Virus record (IMG/VR): IMGVR_UViG_3300021387_001774
Span: 1 to 64,000 of that record
Strand: one strand, 5' to 3'
Origin: a virus
Lineage: Duplodnaviria; Caudoviricetes
DNA: 64,000 nt
The position numbers and the translations under genes were made by a program. Positions 19,974 to 30,697 of this stretch are shown piece by piece. Each line of letters opens with the position of its first letter. The first letter of the stretch is position 1. Below the pieces are notes generated by a model. It made no database searches. It was not told where the DNA came from and saw only the letters and a list, made by a program, of their open reading frames with translations.

Positions 19974-22900
19974 TTATTCTTGTGTAACTACATTAACTGT
20001 GATATTTGGTTCGAAATCAATATCTCCAGTTTCTGTTGTAGTCATTTTTTGTGATACAGTAAGAACTTCATCTATAACAGATGTGTCGTTCATAATGGTC
20101 TGCACCTCACCATATTTATAGGTATTCATACCTTCTATATTTATATAAACTATATCAGGAACAGCAGATTTAATATTATCGAACATTTTATCGATACTTA
20201 CATCTTGATCCCCAATAGAATTTATATAATTTATAACTGAGTTTTTAATTTGTTCCTCTTTGTATTCCAATGAGGTATCTTCTTTGTATTTAACTCTAAA
20301 TACGAAACTCATAGCAATATTGTTAAGATATTCTTCAGAACCATCTGCTAACTTATATGCTTTGAATTTCTTAGACTTACCTGATGTAGAATTAAGACCA
20401 ATATAGATCTTTCCTCCATCAAAAAGATTCTTTTTAATCTCATTTGAACGATCAATGATATCAGTATACAGTTTATGAATTACCTCATACATGTATTCAC
20501 CAGCCATATATAATCTATTGATCCAAGGAACATTTTTACAAATACCGATATATTCTGTAGGTTTACTCTTTGTTTCGCAGTTAATATTTTGTACTGCTTC
20601 AGCATTTGGTAAATCAACAATTTCACCAGTATTTTTATTATAATAAACTAATTCTCCAGCATAATGTTTAATTTTAGCAGACTTAGTATAATATGTTATA
20701 TTTTCATCAAAATCATCTTCTATATTAATTTTTTCATAAATATATTCGTTATTTTCGTCTATACAATATACTTCATTGCCATTGGAATCTAATTTAGATT
20801 CTTTAACACGTACGAAGTATTCTTTATACTCCGATGGTCCTTCTTCTCTTTCTTCTGGAGTTAATTCTGTATAATTAAATTTAACATCACCTATTTTATG
20901 TGCAACTACATAAGTAGGAATAGATTGATTTCCAGCAATTTTGAAACTGACATTCTCACCATCTAAGGATTCAACTTTAAGTTGATAATGGTTGACTTTA
21001 GTTACGTCAGTTTCAGCAGGATCATAGAAAGGATTTTTATAGTAAACATTTGTATCATATAGATAGAATTTATCATTATCATATGTTTCATAGCCAGGAA
21101 TAACTGATTCAATATCAAAATCAATACCAAAACTTTCTGATAGATAATGAACTAAATCTACTTCATCAGATTCATAAGTAATACATTCTTTATTAGTAGG
21201 ATTGTTTTCTGTATCGTTAAACTTTCCAGTTACAGAAAATTTAACAGAAGTATCCACAGGAATATATACTGAATAGTCTTTAGAAATGGAACTAGCATTT
21301 CTAATACCTTTAATTTGGATTTCCTTATCATCAGAAATAAAATTATTTGTTTCCAATTCGGCTTGATACATAATGTATCCATCTTTAACCATAGAATCTA
21401 CATTAACAATACGAACCTTAGTTGGATCAAGAATATATTTTTCACCAGTTGTGGTACCTTCCATACCAACTTCAAATGTTACATATTGTTTCTTGTATAT
21501 ATCTTCATTAGTATTATTTACATAATTTAATGAAATTGATGGATTATGAGATTGTGTATAAAGCTTATTTAATGTATTTTGACCAGTATATACTAAGAAT
21601 GATAAGAATATTTTATTTGAAAGAGTTTTATCGAATGAACCAGAGATAGTTCCCTTATATGGATTTCTAACTACTTTAAGAATAGAAATATCCAATTTGT
21701 CTAATGCTGTCGATTCATTATAGAATGTAAATTTTAAGAATTCGGTTGTATTTACAAACATATCATATACTTGAATCTTAGGATTAGTAGTATTCTCAAA
21801 TCTCATATAGAATGGGAATGTTACTTCTCTTATAGCATCAACATTATAAGAACTATTATATTTATTTACATAATCTATGTAACTATCTACAACTTGTCCA
21901 CCGTTTTTAGAATCTTCTGGTACATATTCATATCTATTAGTTTTAGGATTAAAAACAAAAACATCTGTTGGAGAGATTAAATAATAATTATAACCTCTTA
22001 ATAACTTTTCTTTTTTAGTCAAATCAAAATATAAATTTGAAGTTCCTGTAGAAAGAATCATATTTTTATACTTAAGTTTATCAGAACACTGATAATACAT
22101 AGCTGTAAGATCTTGTTGCACTTTCTTTATAGATAATCCTAATTCTTGTCCCTTCTTTATAATTTCATTATTAGAAATCAAGATATCTCTAGAATATTGC
22201 TTAGAAATCAATTTAGCTCTAAGTTCTTCAAACGTTAATGAGTCTTTACCACCAGAAGATTCTTGATCTCTAGCAAATGCTAAACAAATTATATTTAGCA
22301 TAGCATTCTGTGTAGAATCATTTAAATCTTGATTATATTTTACAGAAAGTTTATCGATATTATAAATCATAAAAGGAAAGTCTATATTTCCTAATGTACC
22401 TTGAGTAGTATATACAACAAATCTAAGGTTATCCCCAACTGACAAAGCACTAGAATCATTCATTTTAGAAAAAGAAATATTTAGATTACTACTATTTCTT
22501 TTATTATCGTAAGAATAATTATAAGTATTTTGATATAGAGAAGTACCTTCTGTAAAACCTTTCATAAGTATTTCTGAAGTAGTATTTATTTTCTTTCTGA
22601 ATACTTCCATACCTACAAGCATATTATCAAACGCAATCTTAGTATCAGACGTATATGGATTTGATACATAAAGACTTATTTCTTTTCGTTCTAATTGGAA
22701 AATCTTTAAGAAGAAAGCTACATAAGTACTTCCTTCAAATCTCATATCACGAGAAGAAATATACTGATTATATATGTTAAAGACATGTCTCATACCATCA
22801 TTTGCTTCTGAAGGCATATCATAATAAGCATATATATTATACTCAGTAACATTTTCCATAGCACCAGTATCAGGATCATAAACTTTAGATGTAATAGGTT

Positions 22901-23372
22901 TAGCATTAATGATAACATCGTATGGAAGAGTGAATTTTGGATGTGATTCGAACACAATTTCCATATTTTTGTTTACACGTAACCTATAAACACCTTCAGC
23001 CGGTATATAAACCCCAAATTTTATGATTTCGTCTTTCTTGATACAGAATGCCATAGTTGTAGATGCAGGCGTTCCAAATACTCCAGCTAATTCTTCACTA
23101 GTAGTTTTATTTAATAGAGACTTTGGTAAAATAGCTGTAGCTATGTTAGTTTCATTAATTCTCGCTGCTTGTTCATACATCATTTTAGCTGCACCTTGAG
23201 CAGTCAAATGAGTAAAAATATTAAATGAACTTGCAGGATCATCGCTTAGACCTTCATAATCTTCCATAGCATATTTTTTGAAAGTGTCTATCCATTTTGC
23301 TGTAAGAGCCATAGCACTATTATGTGCATTAGCATCTAAAATATCTTTTATTTCAAGAGTTGTTTCTTCCAT
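19974..23372 (-). CDS. Baseplate wedge protein (T4 gp6/BplJ-like)
   Basis: 1132 aa. N-terminal NETNIATAILPKS...TPASTTM, central YTTQGTLGN and SSGGKDSLTFEELR, C-terminal IKNSVINYINSI: the layout typical of gp6-like proteins. Late motif upstream. Confidence 0.65.
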   Translation of the reverse strand: MEETTLEIKDILDANAHNSAMALTAKWIDTFKKYAMEDYEGLSDDPASSFNIFTHLTAQGAAKMMYEQAARINETNIATAILPKSLLNKTTSEELAGVFGTPASTTMAFCIKKDEIIKFGVYIPAEGVYRLRVNKNMEIVFESHPKFTLPYDVIINAKPITSKVYDPDTGAMENVTEYNIYAYYDMPSEANDGMRHVFNIYNQYISSRDMRFEGSTYVAFFLKIFQLERKEISLYVSNPYTSDTKIAFDNMLVGMEVFRKKINTTSEILMKGFTEGTSLYQNTYNYSYDNKRNSSNLNISFSKMNDSSALSVGDNLRFVVYTTQGTLGNIDFPFMIYNIDKLSVKYNQDLNDSTQNAMLNIICLAFARDQESSGGKDSLTFEELRAKLISKQYSRDILISNNEIIKKGQELGLSIKKVQQDLTAMYYQCSDKLKYKNMILSTGTSNLYFDLTKKEKLLRGYNYYLISPTDVFVFNPKTNRYEYVPEDSKNGGQVVDSYIDYVNKYNSSYNVDAIREVTFPFYMRFENTTNPKIQVYDMFVNTTEFLKFTFYNESTALDKLDISILKVVRNPYKGTISGSFDKTLSNKIFLSFLVYTGQNTLNKLYTQSHNPSISLNYVNNTNEDIYKKQYVTFEVGMEGTTTGEKYILDPTKVRIVNVDSMVKDGYIMYQAELETNNFISDDKEIQIKGIRNASSISKDYSVYIPVDTSVKFSVTGKFNDTENNPTNKECITYESDEVDLVHYLSESFGIDFDIESVIPGYETYDNDKFYLYDTNVYYKNPFYDPAETDVTKVNHYQLKVESLDGENVSFKIAGNQSIPTYVVAHKIGDVKFNYTELTPEEREEGPSEYKEYFVRVKESKLDSNGNEVYCIDENNEYIYEKINIEDDFDENITYYTKSAKIKHYAGELVYYNKNTGEIVDLPNAEAVQNINCETKSKPTEYIGICKNVPWINRLYMAGEYMYEVIHKLYTDIIDRSNEIKKNLFDGGKIYIGLNSTSGKSKKFKAYKLADGSEEYLNNIAMSFVFRVKYKEDTSLEYKEEQIKNSVINYINSIGDQDVSIDKMFDNIKSAVPDIVYINIEGMNTYKYGEVQTIMNDTSVIDEVLTVSQKMTTTETGDIDFEPNITVNVVTQE

Positions 23373-23395
23373 TTTATAACATGCTCCTACAAAAT

Positions 23396-23409
23396 TATAT
23401 AGTAATGTT
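23396..23409 (-). promoter_or_regulatory. Late-type promoter
   Basis: AACA-TTACTA-TATA. Confidence 0.65.
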
Positions 23410-23423
23410 TTTCCTTAAATAGT

Positions 23424-23456
23424 ATATAAAAGAGGGTAAAATACCCTCTTTTATAT
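23424..23456 (-). terminator. Intrinsic terminator
   Basis: ATATAAAAGAGGGTA-AAA-TACCCTCTTTTATAT. Confidence 0.7.
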
Positions 23457-25528
23457 TAAATATTTTGTAAAGTGGCGTTTCCAATAAAGAATCCATTTGG
23501 AGCTTTTGTACCACTTTCTCGTAATATAGCATGCTTAGAGAAGCCAGTACTTTCTTCAAATTGACCAAAGTTATTTGGTTGTTGACTCTGTTTATAATTA
23601 CTATTTGTACCAATGGGCTGATCATCTTTATATACATCTTGACTCTTTGACCATTGTGGTAATACCCATATTAATTCTGATCCTTTATTTATATATGGAT
23701 AACCTCCCCAGTAATTAGTCATTGCATCAATATACCATTCTGAATTCTTTCTATGTTCTGCTGTCTGTTGATTAAATAAAGGATTGTGACCAGACATACC
23801 ACCTGTTTTAGGTGCTGGTTCTATAAGAGCCATAGGTAATTTACCAGACATTCCTCTTTCTTCATCTTTTACAGTATCCCATAGTTGATTAGGTCTTCTT
23901 AATTGATGTAATTTGAGAAGTTCTACTTGGGATTTATGAGTAGAAAGATCTTCAAATACTGTAGTCAATTCTTTAAGACTTGATTCTCTATCATAAATAT
24001 TTTCCCATAATGGATGCTTAAGTTTTACTAACCATTCAGATTCTGATAAGAAATTAAAATCAGTGAATACTTGTGGATCCATTGGTTCATATCTATTATA
24101 AGAGAACGTTATAGATAATTTCTGTAATACATCTTTTTCTATCTGTGTATTGTGCTCAAGTTGTGAACTCATTGGGAAAGATGTTGGGTAACATCCGGTA
24201 AATTTACCCCAACGTTCTATACGACGACCATCTTCACCAATTACAAATACATAAATAGAACAAGTGTAATCTAGAATTCTTTCTATAATGTGTTCTCTTG
24301 TCGTTAATATATTTCCTCTAGATACATAATGAATATATAAAACCCATACCATGAACAATAATGATACTGGACCATATGCAATATCAGTAAATGTTGCGTT
24401 TACTGTACCAGGACCCCATAATTCATCCATACCTGTAGGAACTTTAATAGTTGAACTATATTCATCTTCTTCATAAGTGTGTTCACTAAGATTAAAATCT
24501 TTTCCACCAGTTACTTGAGTACAAGTATTACATAATAATGGAATAAATGGAGAAGTAAAATTAAATCTATCGAATGGACTATCATGATCAACAATAAACA
24601 TATTCTTAGCTTGATGTATACCCATTTTAGCCAATTCTTTCATATAGTTTTCTTTATTCTCTATACCATAGGCTGAAAAAAGAGATTCAGTATGATTTTT
24701 ACTGTTAAGCCAACCATCGTACTCTGCCATAAATTGTTCATATGCTCTTTGCGCATTGGTGAAAGCTGATTGTAAATTATCTAGAGTAGCAGAATCATAA
24801 AGAGCACTCATATCTACACTTTGTAGACGTGCAACTTCTGCAGGATCATCACTTTCAGCAGCTTCTGCCGCAGCTTTAGCCTCTTCAGAATTATTTAAAC
24901 CTTCTCTAAAAGCATCCAATGTAGTTTGATCAAATCCTTTATAATCTGCAAGACCTGTAAATGATGCATCGTCATTTATATCTGTACTTGCATACCAAGT
25001 TTTAAATTCATTTGTAGCAGCGTTATCAATAAATTTTCTATTTAATGTTTTTTGTTCAGTTACGAAATCATTAACTATAGACATCATAGCACTAAAAGAT
25101 AAGTTATTATTGGATAATGCTGCCGGACCACCAATAAAGTATTCGGGATCAGTTAATGAACACATTATCATTTTACCAATAGGTTTACTATATAACCATT
25201 TAAAAAATGGTATAGCTGTTAAATTTTCTATAGAAAAGTTAAGTTCTGGTCTTGTGAAAAAACAGTAAGTTCTAGTAACTCTTGGAAAATCAACATTTCC
25301 AAGCATACCCATTTTATTATAATGAAAAAAATTTGCATAAATAGGATCTAGAACGTTTAATCCTTTTGCACTCATTGCATTACCGAACATTTGGTTCAAG
25401 TTTTGCATAAAGTTTCTATCATTTACTGTATATTCACTAACATTATTTTGAAAGATATCTCTTGAATCATTCTGGAAATCTTTCATTATTTGATTGTAAT
25501 CTATTTTAGAATTCTGTGTTGTTGGCAT
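23456..25528 (-). CDS. Tail-tube-fold virion protein (tube initiator/baseplate hub-like)
   Basis: FFTRPELN and DYTCSIYVF...WGKFTGCYPTSFP...LSITFSYN resemble gp19/gp54-type tube motifs. GAGG RBS supports ATG 25528. Confidence 0.55.
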   Translation of the reverse strand: MPTTQNSKIDYNQIMKDFQNDSRDIFQNNVSEYTVNDRNFMQNLNQMFGNAMSAKGLNVLDPIYANFFHYNKMGMLGNVDFPRVTRTYCFFTRPELNFSIENLTAIPFFKWLYSKPIGKMIMCSLTDPEYFIGGPAALSNNNLSFSAMMSIVNDFVTEQKTLNRKFIDNAATNEFKTWYASTDINDDASFTGLADYKGFDQTTLDAFREGLNNSEEAKAAAEAAESDDPAEVARLQSVDMSALYDSATLDNLQSAFTNAQRAYEQFMAEYDGWLNSKNHTESLFSAYGIENKENYMKELAKMGIHQAKNMFIVDHDSPFDRFNFTSPFIPLLCNTCTQVTGGKDFNLSEHTYEEDEYSSTIKVPTGMDELWGPGTVNATFTDIAYGPVSLLFMVWVLYIHYVSRGNILTTREHIIERILDYTCSIYVFVIGEDGRRIERWGKFTGCYPTSFPMSSQLEHNTQIEKDVLQKLSITFSYNRYEPMDPQVFTDFNFLSESEWLVKLKHPLWENIYDRESSLKELTTVFEDLSTHKSQVELLKLHQLRRPNQLWDTVKDEERGMSGKLPMALIEPAPKTGGMSGHNPLFNQQTAEHRKNSEWYIDAMTNYWGGYPYINKGSELIWVLPQWSKSQDVYKDDQPIGTNSNYKQSQQPNNFGQFEESTGFSKHAILRESGTKAPNGFFIGNATLQNI

Positions 25529-25544
25529 ATTAATCCTCACTTAA

Positions 25545-25613
25545 TATATACTTTTGTTTTTCATCAAAAGATATTATATCTATTAAATAAGTAGAGAAAA
25601 ACATCTTAATATA
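25545..25613. promoter_or_regulatory. Divergent pair of late-type promoters
   Basis: - strand AACA-AAAGTA-TATA (25545-25558) and + strand AACA-TCTTAA-TATA (25600-25613). Confidence 0.65.
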
Positions 25614-25644
25614 TAGAATTTAAACAATAAATAGGAGTATTACA

Positions 25645-27024
25645 ATGGGTGTAATTACTGAATTATTTGATATGGTAGGCTTATGCTCAGAAGCTAGTAA
25701 AAAACTCAAGATGGATCCACAGGATGTATCTGCCGTTTCCAGTTTATTTACAAAAGCTAAATCCATATCTGCTCAAGCATCAAAATACGTTATGGAATAT
25801 CCTGTAGCTTGTTCTACAACAATTACTGATTATAAAACTGCATTAGCAATTACAAAACAGGTAGAGTTCGATTGTGCAAGATTTGTTATCTTAGCATCAG
25901 GTCTAAACCCTATTGTTAATCAACATAAAGGTGATAGTGTTCAGTCACATATTAATACATTAGTTTCTACATATGAAAGTTTTAGAGGATTTAAAGTCTC
26001 TATTACTCCAGCTACACCAGAAATGATTGAATCTGGTGAAATATATATGAATAATTATTATGATAGAACTCCTTATAAAACGTTTAATGAAAAAACAGAA
26101 ACGACAAAATTATCTTATAGTATAGAAGCTAACGACGGTAAAGATGATAAACCAAAAAATTCTACACTTTATTTTGACGATAAACATAATGGAATAGGTG
26201 ATAATGGCGGTGTTCAATATGATGAAATTAAAAACCCATTAGCAAATAATGAAGGTAAGACTTTAACTGCTGCTAATAGATTGGAAGCAGATACAGCTAG
26301 ATCTTCTGTTAAAGAGCTTAATGAGATTAATGGAAAACTTGGTAAAGTTGGACCTACTATCGTTAATGTACGTATGTATGTTAGAGCTGGTGATGGAACT
26401 GATAGAGCTATTGACTTCCCATTAGCTATTAAAGCCTCATTACAGTATGTTGATGCTGTAGATATTAATCAGATGTTGAATCAAATTGATAGTAAAACTA
26501 GAAAGCTATTTAAACTCGTACAGTTAACATCTGGTGAAATTAAGTTCTTTAAAGACTTCTTGTTTGCTTTGGATACAGTAAAGGGTGATGTTGAACGTGA
26601 AAGAACTATTGGAAATACTCCATTCTTTAGACGTCTTATGAGTAATAAGTCGAAATATAGAATGAAGACTGTAGCAAACACCATCCCTATTCTTAAAAAT
26701 TTTGTTGCAAGAAAGACTCAATCAGATCTTCCAATGTGTACTATTATCATTGATGAATCTGAACTTAGAGGTATTAAACTTCGTCTTTCAGATTGTCTTA
26801 GAAATAGAGAAAAATATATTGATCCTATCCTTGATACTTATATGCTTCTTGGATTAGGTATTGTTGATTCTGATAACGGAGTTATTCATTTCTTCTATTC
26901 TGGTGAACCATATCCAACAACTTGTGATATAGAGAAGATTGGAAAAACTGGTGGAGAAAAGGATATTTCTTCAGATCTTTCTAAAGCTCTAGCAAACATG
27001 ACTAGACTCGTTACAAAACACTAA
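25645..27024 (+). CDS. Putative virion structural protein
   Basis: 459 aa, AGGAG RBS, late motif, YSIEA site. Confidence 0.55.
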   Translation: MGVITELFDMVGLCSEASKKLKMDPQDVSAVSSLFTKAKSISAQASKYVMEYPVACSTTITDYKTALAITKQVEFDCARFVILASGLNPIVNQHKGDSVQSHINTLVSTYESFRGFKVSITPATPEMIESGEIYMNNYYDRTPYKTFNEKTETTKLSYSIEANDGKDDKPKNSTLYFDDKHNGIGDNGGVQYDEIKNPLANNEGKTLTAANRLEADTARSSVKELNEINGKLGKVGPTIVNVRMYVRAGDGTDRAIDFPLAIKASLQYVDAVDINQMLNQIDSKTRKLFKLVQLTSGEIKFFKDFLFALDTVKGDVERERTIGNTPFFRRLMSNKSKYRMKTVANTIPILKNFVARKTQSDLPMCTIIIDESELRGIKLRLSDCLRNREKYIDPILDTYMLLGLGIVDSDNGVIHFFYSGEPYPTTCDIEKIGKTGGEKDISSDLSKALANMTRLVTKH

Positions 27025-27037
27025 TGGAGTATAAAAG

Positions 27038-28474
27038 ATGTTTATTAAAACAAAAGATATCATAAACATGCCTATAGAAAAAATTCAAAGCATGTTTAAT
27101 AAATTTTCTAGTTATACTAATTCAAAAACTCTTTCTAGACAGGAAGAAAAAGAATTTAGTGAACAAGCATTATCATTTATGAATGCTATGAAAAAGTGTG
27201 GAGATGGACATTTAATTTCTCCAGAAATGAAACCTATTGTGGATAAGTTTGAAAAAGCAGATTATGACATTACTAAACTTCCTACATCATTGAAAGTTTC
27301 TTTCGAGAAAACATATACTGATTTTAAACAACTTGCTAATAATCATAGGGAGTTTAAAGATACAGGTGTAACTCTTTATTGTAAAATTTTTGAATTCTTT
27401 TCTCATAAACCTAATTTAAAGTTTATTCAAGAGATGAAGAATGATGGATTCTTTAAAAAAGCTTTTTCAAAAGAAAATTATACAATAGATGATCTTCAAA
27501 GTATAGAAATGTATTTACAGGATGATCGTTCTATAGAAACTGAATTTACAAGTGCTATAAAGATTTTCGGTCACACAGTTAAAACATCTGGTGAAGTAGG
27601 TATTAAACTTAATTTGCCCGTTATGGTTAAAGTAATTATTGCTGTAATTATTATAGCGTTGATCTCTGCTTTAATTACACTTATAATCTTGAATATCAAA
27701 TATAAATCAGAAGTATCTAAAGCGTTGGCTGCTATAAGTGAAAATGATGTTAAAGAACAAGGTGCTGAAAATATTAGAAAAACTACATCATATACTGCTG
27801 CTAAGAATATGTGGGAGAAAACAAGTCCATTAACAAAAAATACTTGCTATAAACCGATGGATTTCGTTATTACTTCTTTACAAAATACCATGAATAATGG
27901 TTATGGATATTTTAAAAATATCACTAATCGTTTAGGTAAAGCAAAGAATTCTAAAGAGTCTTATGAATATTCACAAGAGTTCTTACTTGGTGGCGGTTTT
28001 GCAATTCCGGTAATAGTTTCTTTTGTATTATTAATTATTATGTTAAAACCAATCGTATATTGGATTTATAACCTTAGAATGAAAACTAGTGTATTCTTCG
28101 AAGAAGAAGCCACATTAATTGAAATTAATATAGAAGATTTAGTTGAGATGCAGAATAAAGCTACAACAGATAAAGAGAAAGAGCGTATTGGAAAAATTAT
28201 AGAAAAACAGCGTAAAGCTATGATTAACATGAGTTCTTTATCTAATTTCTTCTATAAACAAACTAACGATGCTGCTCTTAAAGCTAGAGATGATATACGT
28301 GATAATGATGCTGTCGATTATGGAGCAATAGTTGAAGAAACTCCTGTGGAAACACCAGTTGACCCAGTTGGTGATGGTCCGGTAGAAGTTTCCTCCGCAA
28401 CTGATCCAAATACTCCATATGAAGTACCTCAACAAGATATTCCATCGACAGGAACATCTGTAGTATTATTCTAA
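27038..28474 (+). CDS. Putative virion protein with two hydrophobic segments
   Basis: 478 aa, GGAG RBS; hydrophobic stretches follow SIE and SQE motifs; same operon as 25645. Confidence 0.55.
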   Translation: MFIKTKDIINMPIEKIQSMFNKFSSYTNSKTLSRQEEKEFSEQALSFMNAMKKCGDGHLISPEMKPIVDKFEKADYDITKLPTSLKVSFEKTYTDFKQLANNHREFKDTGVTLYCKIFEFFSHKPNLKFIQEMKNDGFFKKAFSKENYTIDDLQSIEMYLQDDRSIETEFTSAIKIFGHTVKTSGEVGIKLNLPVMVKVIIAVIIIALISALITLIILNIKYKSEVSKALAAISENDVKEQGAENIRKTTSYTAAKNMWEKTSPLTKNTCYKPMDFVITSLQNTMNNGYGYFKNITNRLGKAKNSKESYEYSQEFLLGGGFAIPVIVSFVLLIIMLKPIVYWIYNLRMKTSVFFEEEATLIEINIEDLVEMQNKATTDKEKERIGKIIEKQRKAMINMSSLSNFFYKQTNDAALKARDDIRDNDAVDYGAIVEETPVETPVDPVGDGPVEVSSATDPNTPYEVPQQDIPSTGTSVVLF

Positions 28475-28510
28475 ATATAAAATAGGAGGTTTTACCTCCT
28501 ATTTTATATT
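28474..28510 (+). terminator. Intrinsic terminator
   Basis: AATATAAAATAGGAGGT-TTT-ACCTCCTATTTTATATT. Confidence 0.7.
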
Positions 28511-28540
28511 TATATATTATATACGTGAGGAGATAATACT

Positions 28541-28999
28541 ATGAGATATAAAAGAGAATTACAAGATTACATTTATAAAACTGAATTTATAACGTTTTAT
28601 AATAAGATTCCTGTAATAGTTTATTACTGTGATCTAAAATTAGCATATAAAAAATCAAAGTTTTTCAAAAAGATGAAGTGGAATTCACCATGTTTTGTAC
28701 ATGCGTGTTTCGGGCTATTTAATAAAATAAAAGAATATGCTATTTTTATAGCATATGATGAAGAATTTAAAAAGATATCACCAAAAGCACAAAAGTTATT
28801 ACTATATCATGAAATAGGCCATATAATGAAACAAACTGATGATGGTTTATCCAATGAAGAAGAAGCGGATAAATATGCTATAAAATTTGTAGGAAAAGTT
28901 TTTAAATCGGATGTTGAAAAGATGGCTAAATGGATTAGTAATTATGGAAAAAGATATTATGAAAATACATATATTGAGTTTATGAATAGGTTTACTTAA
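28541..28999 (+). CDS. Small zinc metallopeptidase (HExxH; ImmA/IrrE- or M48-like)
   Basis: LLYHEIGH followed by EEEADKYA; GAGGAG RBS; early-motif variant ATTTATATATTATATACGTG upstream. Confidence 0.7.
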   Translation: MRYKRELQDYIYKTEFITFYNKIPVIVYYCDLKLAYKKSKFFKKMKWNSPCFVHACFGLFNKIKEYAIFIAYDEEFKKISPKAQKLLLYHEIGHIMKQTDDGLSNEEEADKYAIKFVGKVFKSDVEKMAKWISNYGKRYYENTYIEFMNRFT

Positions 29000-29004
29000 A
29001 ATAA

Positions 29005-29030
29005 TACTGGGTACTTAATGGTACCCAGTA
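29005..29030. terminator. Bidirectional terminator
   Basis: TACTGGGTAC...GTACCCAGTA between convergent genes. Confidence 0.7.
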
Positions 29031-29033
29031 AAT

Positions 29034-29474
29034 TTATTGTGCTGATTTTTTTAGAATAAATTCTTCATTCATTATACAATCACTTATAGTATTTAAATCT
29101 GGTAATAAAACATATTCTAAATCATGAAATTCGGAAAAATCTTCACAAGAATTAACTTTCAATATCATATACCATAAATCTGTAGTTCCATAAATGTCGG
29201 AACTTAAAGCTTCTGGTCTATATCGATATTTAAAATTTTCTTCTTTAGTAAGATATTTTTCTTTACATGATTTTCTTATTTTTTCATAATATTTTTCCAT
29301 TAATATGTTATCAAAAAATCTAATACCTTGTGTAGTAGTAGAATATTTTGGTAATTCTTTATTTTCATATCTTTCCGAAAATGAAGCACTTTCTATATCT
29401 ATAGAATTACTGTATTCGTTTCTTAAAGTTTGTCCAAAGCTTTTCGCATCATCTGATAATGTTATTAATTTCAT
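29034..29474 (-). CDS. Baseplate wedge protein, T4 gp53/LysM-like
   Basis: YRYRPEALSSDIYGTTDLWYMILKVN fits the gp53/tail-X pattern RPxxLSxxxYGxxxxWxxILxxN. Confidence 0.75.
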   Translation of the reverse strand: MKLITLSDDAKSFGQTLRNEYSNSIDIESASFSERYENKELPKYSTTTQGIRFFDNILMEKYYEKIRKSCKEKYLTKEENFKYRYRPEALSSDIYGTTDLWYMILKVNSCEDFSEFHDLEYVLLPDLNTISDCIMNEEFILKKSAQ

Positions 29475-29485
29475 TATAAACCTCT

Positions 29486-30694
29486 TTAAGAAGAAAGGAT
29501 TTTTGTACTCATACCACTAGCAACAAAACTTGCAGCTGCTGCTGATGCAGAACCTCCACCAGATGGATAAGCGTCTGCTGCGGCTGCTATAGCAGTTAAT
29601 GCTGAAGCAAGCTGTGGGAATTTTGCTAATGGTGTTGCTGAAGGATCTGTTTGTAGCAACATTGCTCCAGCAGGTCCAGATAAACCACTTGTTGGATTTA
29701 CTGGTGAGTTTATATTTGGAATAGCTCCTATAACGAAATTCGGGAATATGACTTGTCCATTCTGACCAATCAATGGAGAATCGTTATGATATGTGGATTC
29801 TTTTAATGACATAGACATACCTTCATGTTTCTCTTGTTGTATTTCATATTTACCCGAATTACTCTTTTGAGAGAAATTATCATATTCAAATTTACAATTG
29901 GATGCTTTAGCTTCCATAGTATCTGATTCTTGTTTAAGTGTAGCAGTTTTAATGTTAATAGCTGTATCACCTTCGATATTTATTGTATCAGCTTTAATAT
30001 TTATAACATTTCCAGTTTGTTCTATAGTAGTACCAGATGTTTTAGAAGTAATAGAATCATTCTTTGTATCCAATATCCATGATCTATCTTCATTATCTGA
30101 TATAGCGATTTGACCATTTTCAGCATCCATTCCAATAACTTGAGCACAAGTTTCACCATTCTTTTTTGCCGTAGATAAAATAATAACTTTAGATTTACTA
30201 TCCAGTTTTATAAAGTATGTATTATCCTCAGAAAGAGCTGTATTTTCTGTAGGATTAGCTGGAACACTAAACATACATTTATCAGTAGCTCTTTGACCAA
30301 GTCTATTTATACTATATGGTAAAAACGCTAAAGTCTTTATATCGTTATCTATTATAGAAACTATTACTTTATCACCAACAACATAATTTGGCATATTTTG
30401 ATTTTGATTTAAATATGGTCTTACTAATATATAATTTTTCATATTTATTGATGTAGACCAGAAAGTTTTTATAGAACTATCATTTACACATTTTGATCCA
30501 GTTATTGGTACTTCTATATCTGATGGTTTATCTCCATCTTTAAAATCATAACCGATCATAAACTTAGGAATTATTAATCCTAATAACGGTCTATTATCCA
30601 ATTCCTCAGAAGTTTTAAATACAATGCCTACAGTTTCTTTATTATTATCAGAACCCAAACCTATAACATTTAATTTAGTATCAACTATTCTCAT
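29486..30694 (-). CDS. Baseplate central spike-like protein (gp5/gpV-like)
   Basis: OB-fold-like N-terminus (PNYVVGDKVIV), repeated short beta strands (INIKADTINIEG), Ala/Gly-rich C-terminus; lies between gp53-like and tube-cap-like genes. Confidence 0.55.
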   Translation of the reverse strand: MRIVDTKLNVIGLGSDNNKETVGIVFKTSEELDNRPLLGLIIPKFMIGYDFKDGDKPSDIEVPITGSKCVNDSSIKTFWSTSINMKNYILVRPYLNQNQNMPNYVVGDKVIVSIIDNDIKTLAFLPYSINRLGQRATDKCMFSVPANPTENTALSEDNTYFIKLDSKSKVIILSTAKKNGETCAQVIGMDAENGQIAISDNEDRSWILDTKNDSITSKTSGTTIEQTGNVINIKADTINIEGDTAINIKTATLKQESDTMEAKASNCKFEYDNFSQKSNSGKYEIQQEKHEGMSMSLKESTYHNDSPLIGQNGQVIFPNFVIGAIPNINSPVNPTSGLSGPAGAMLLQTDPSATPLAKFPQLASALTAIAAAADAYPSGGGSASAAAASFVASGMSTKILSS

Positions 30695-30697
30695 GTA

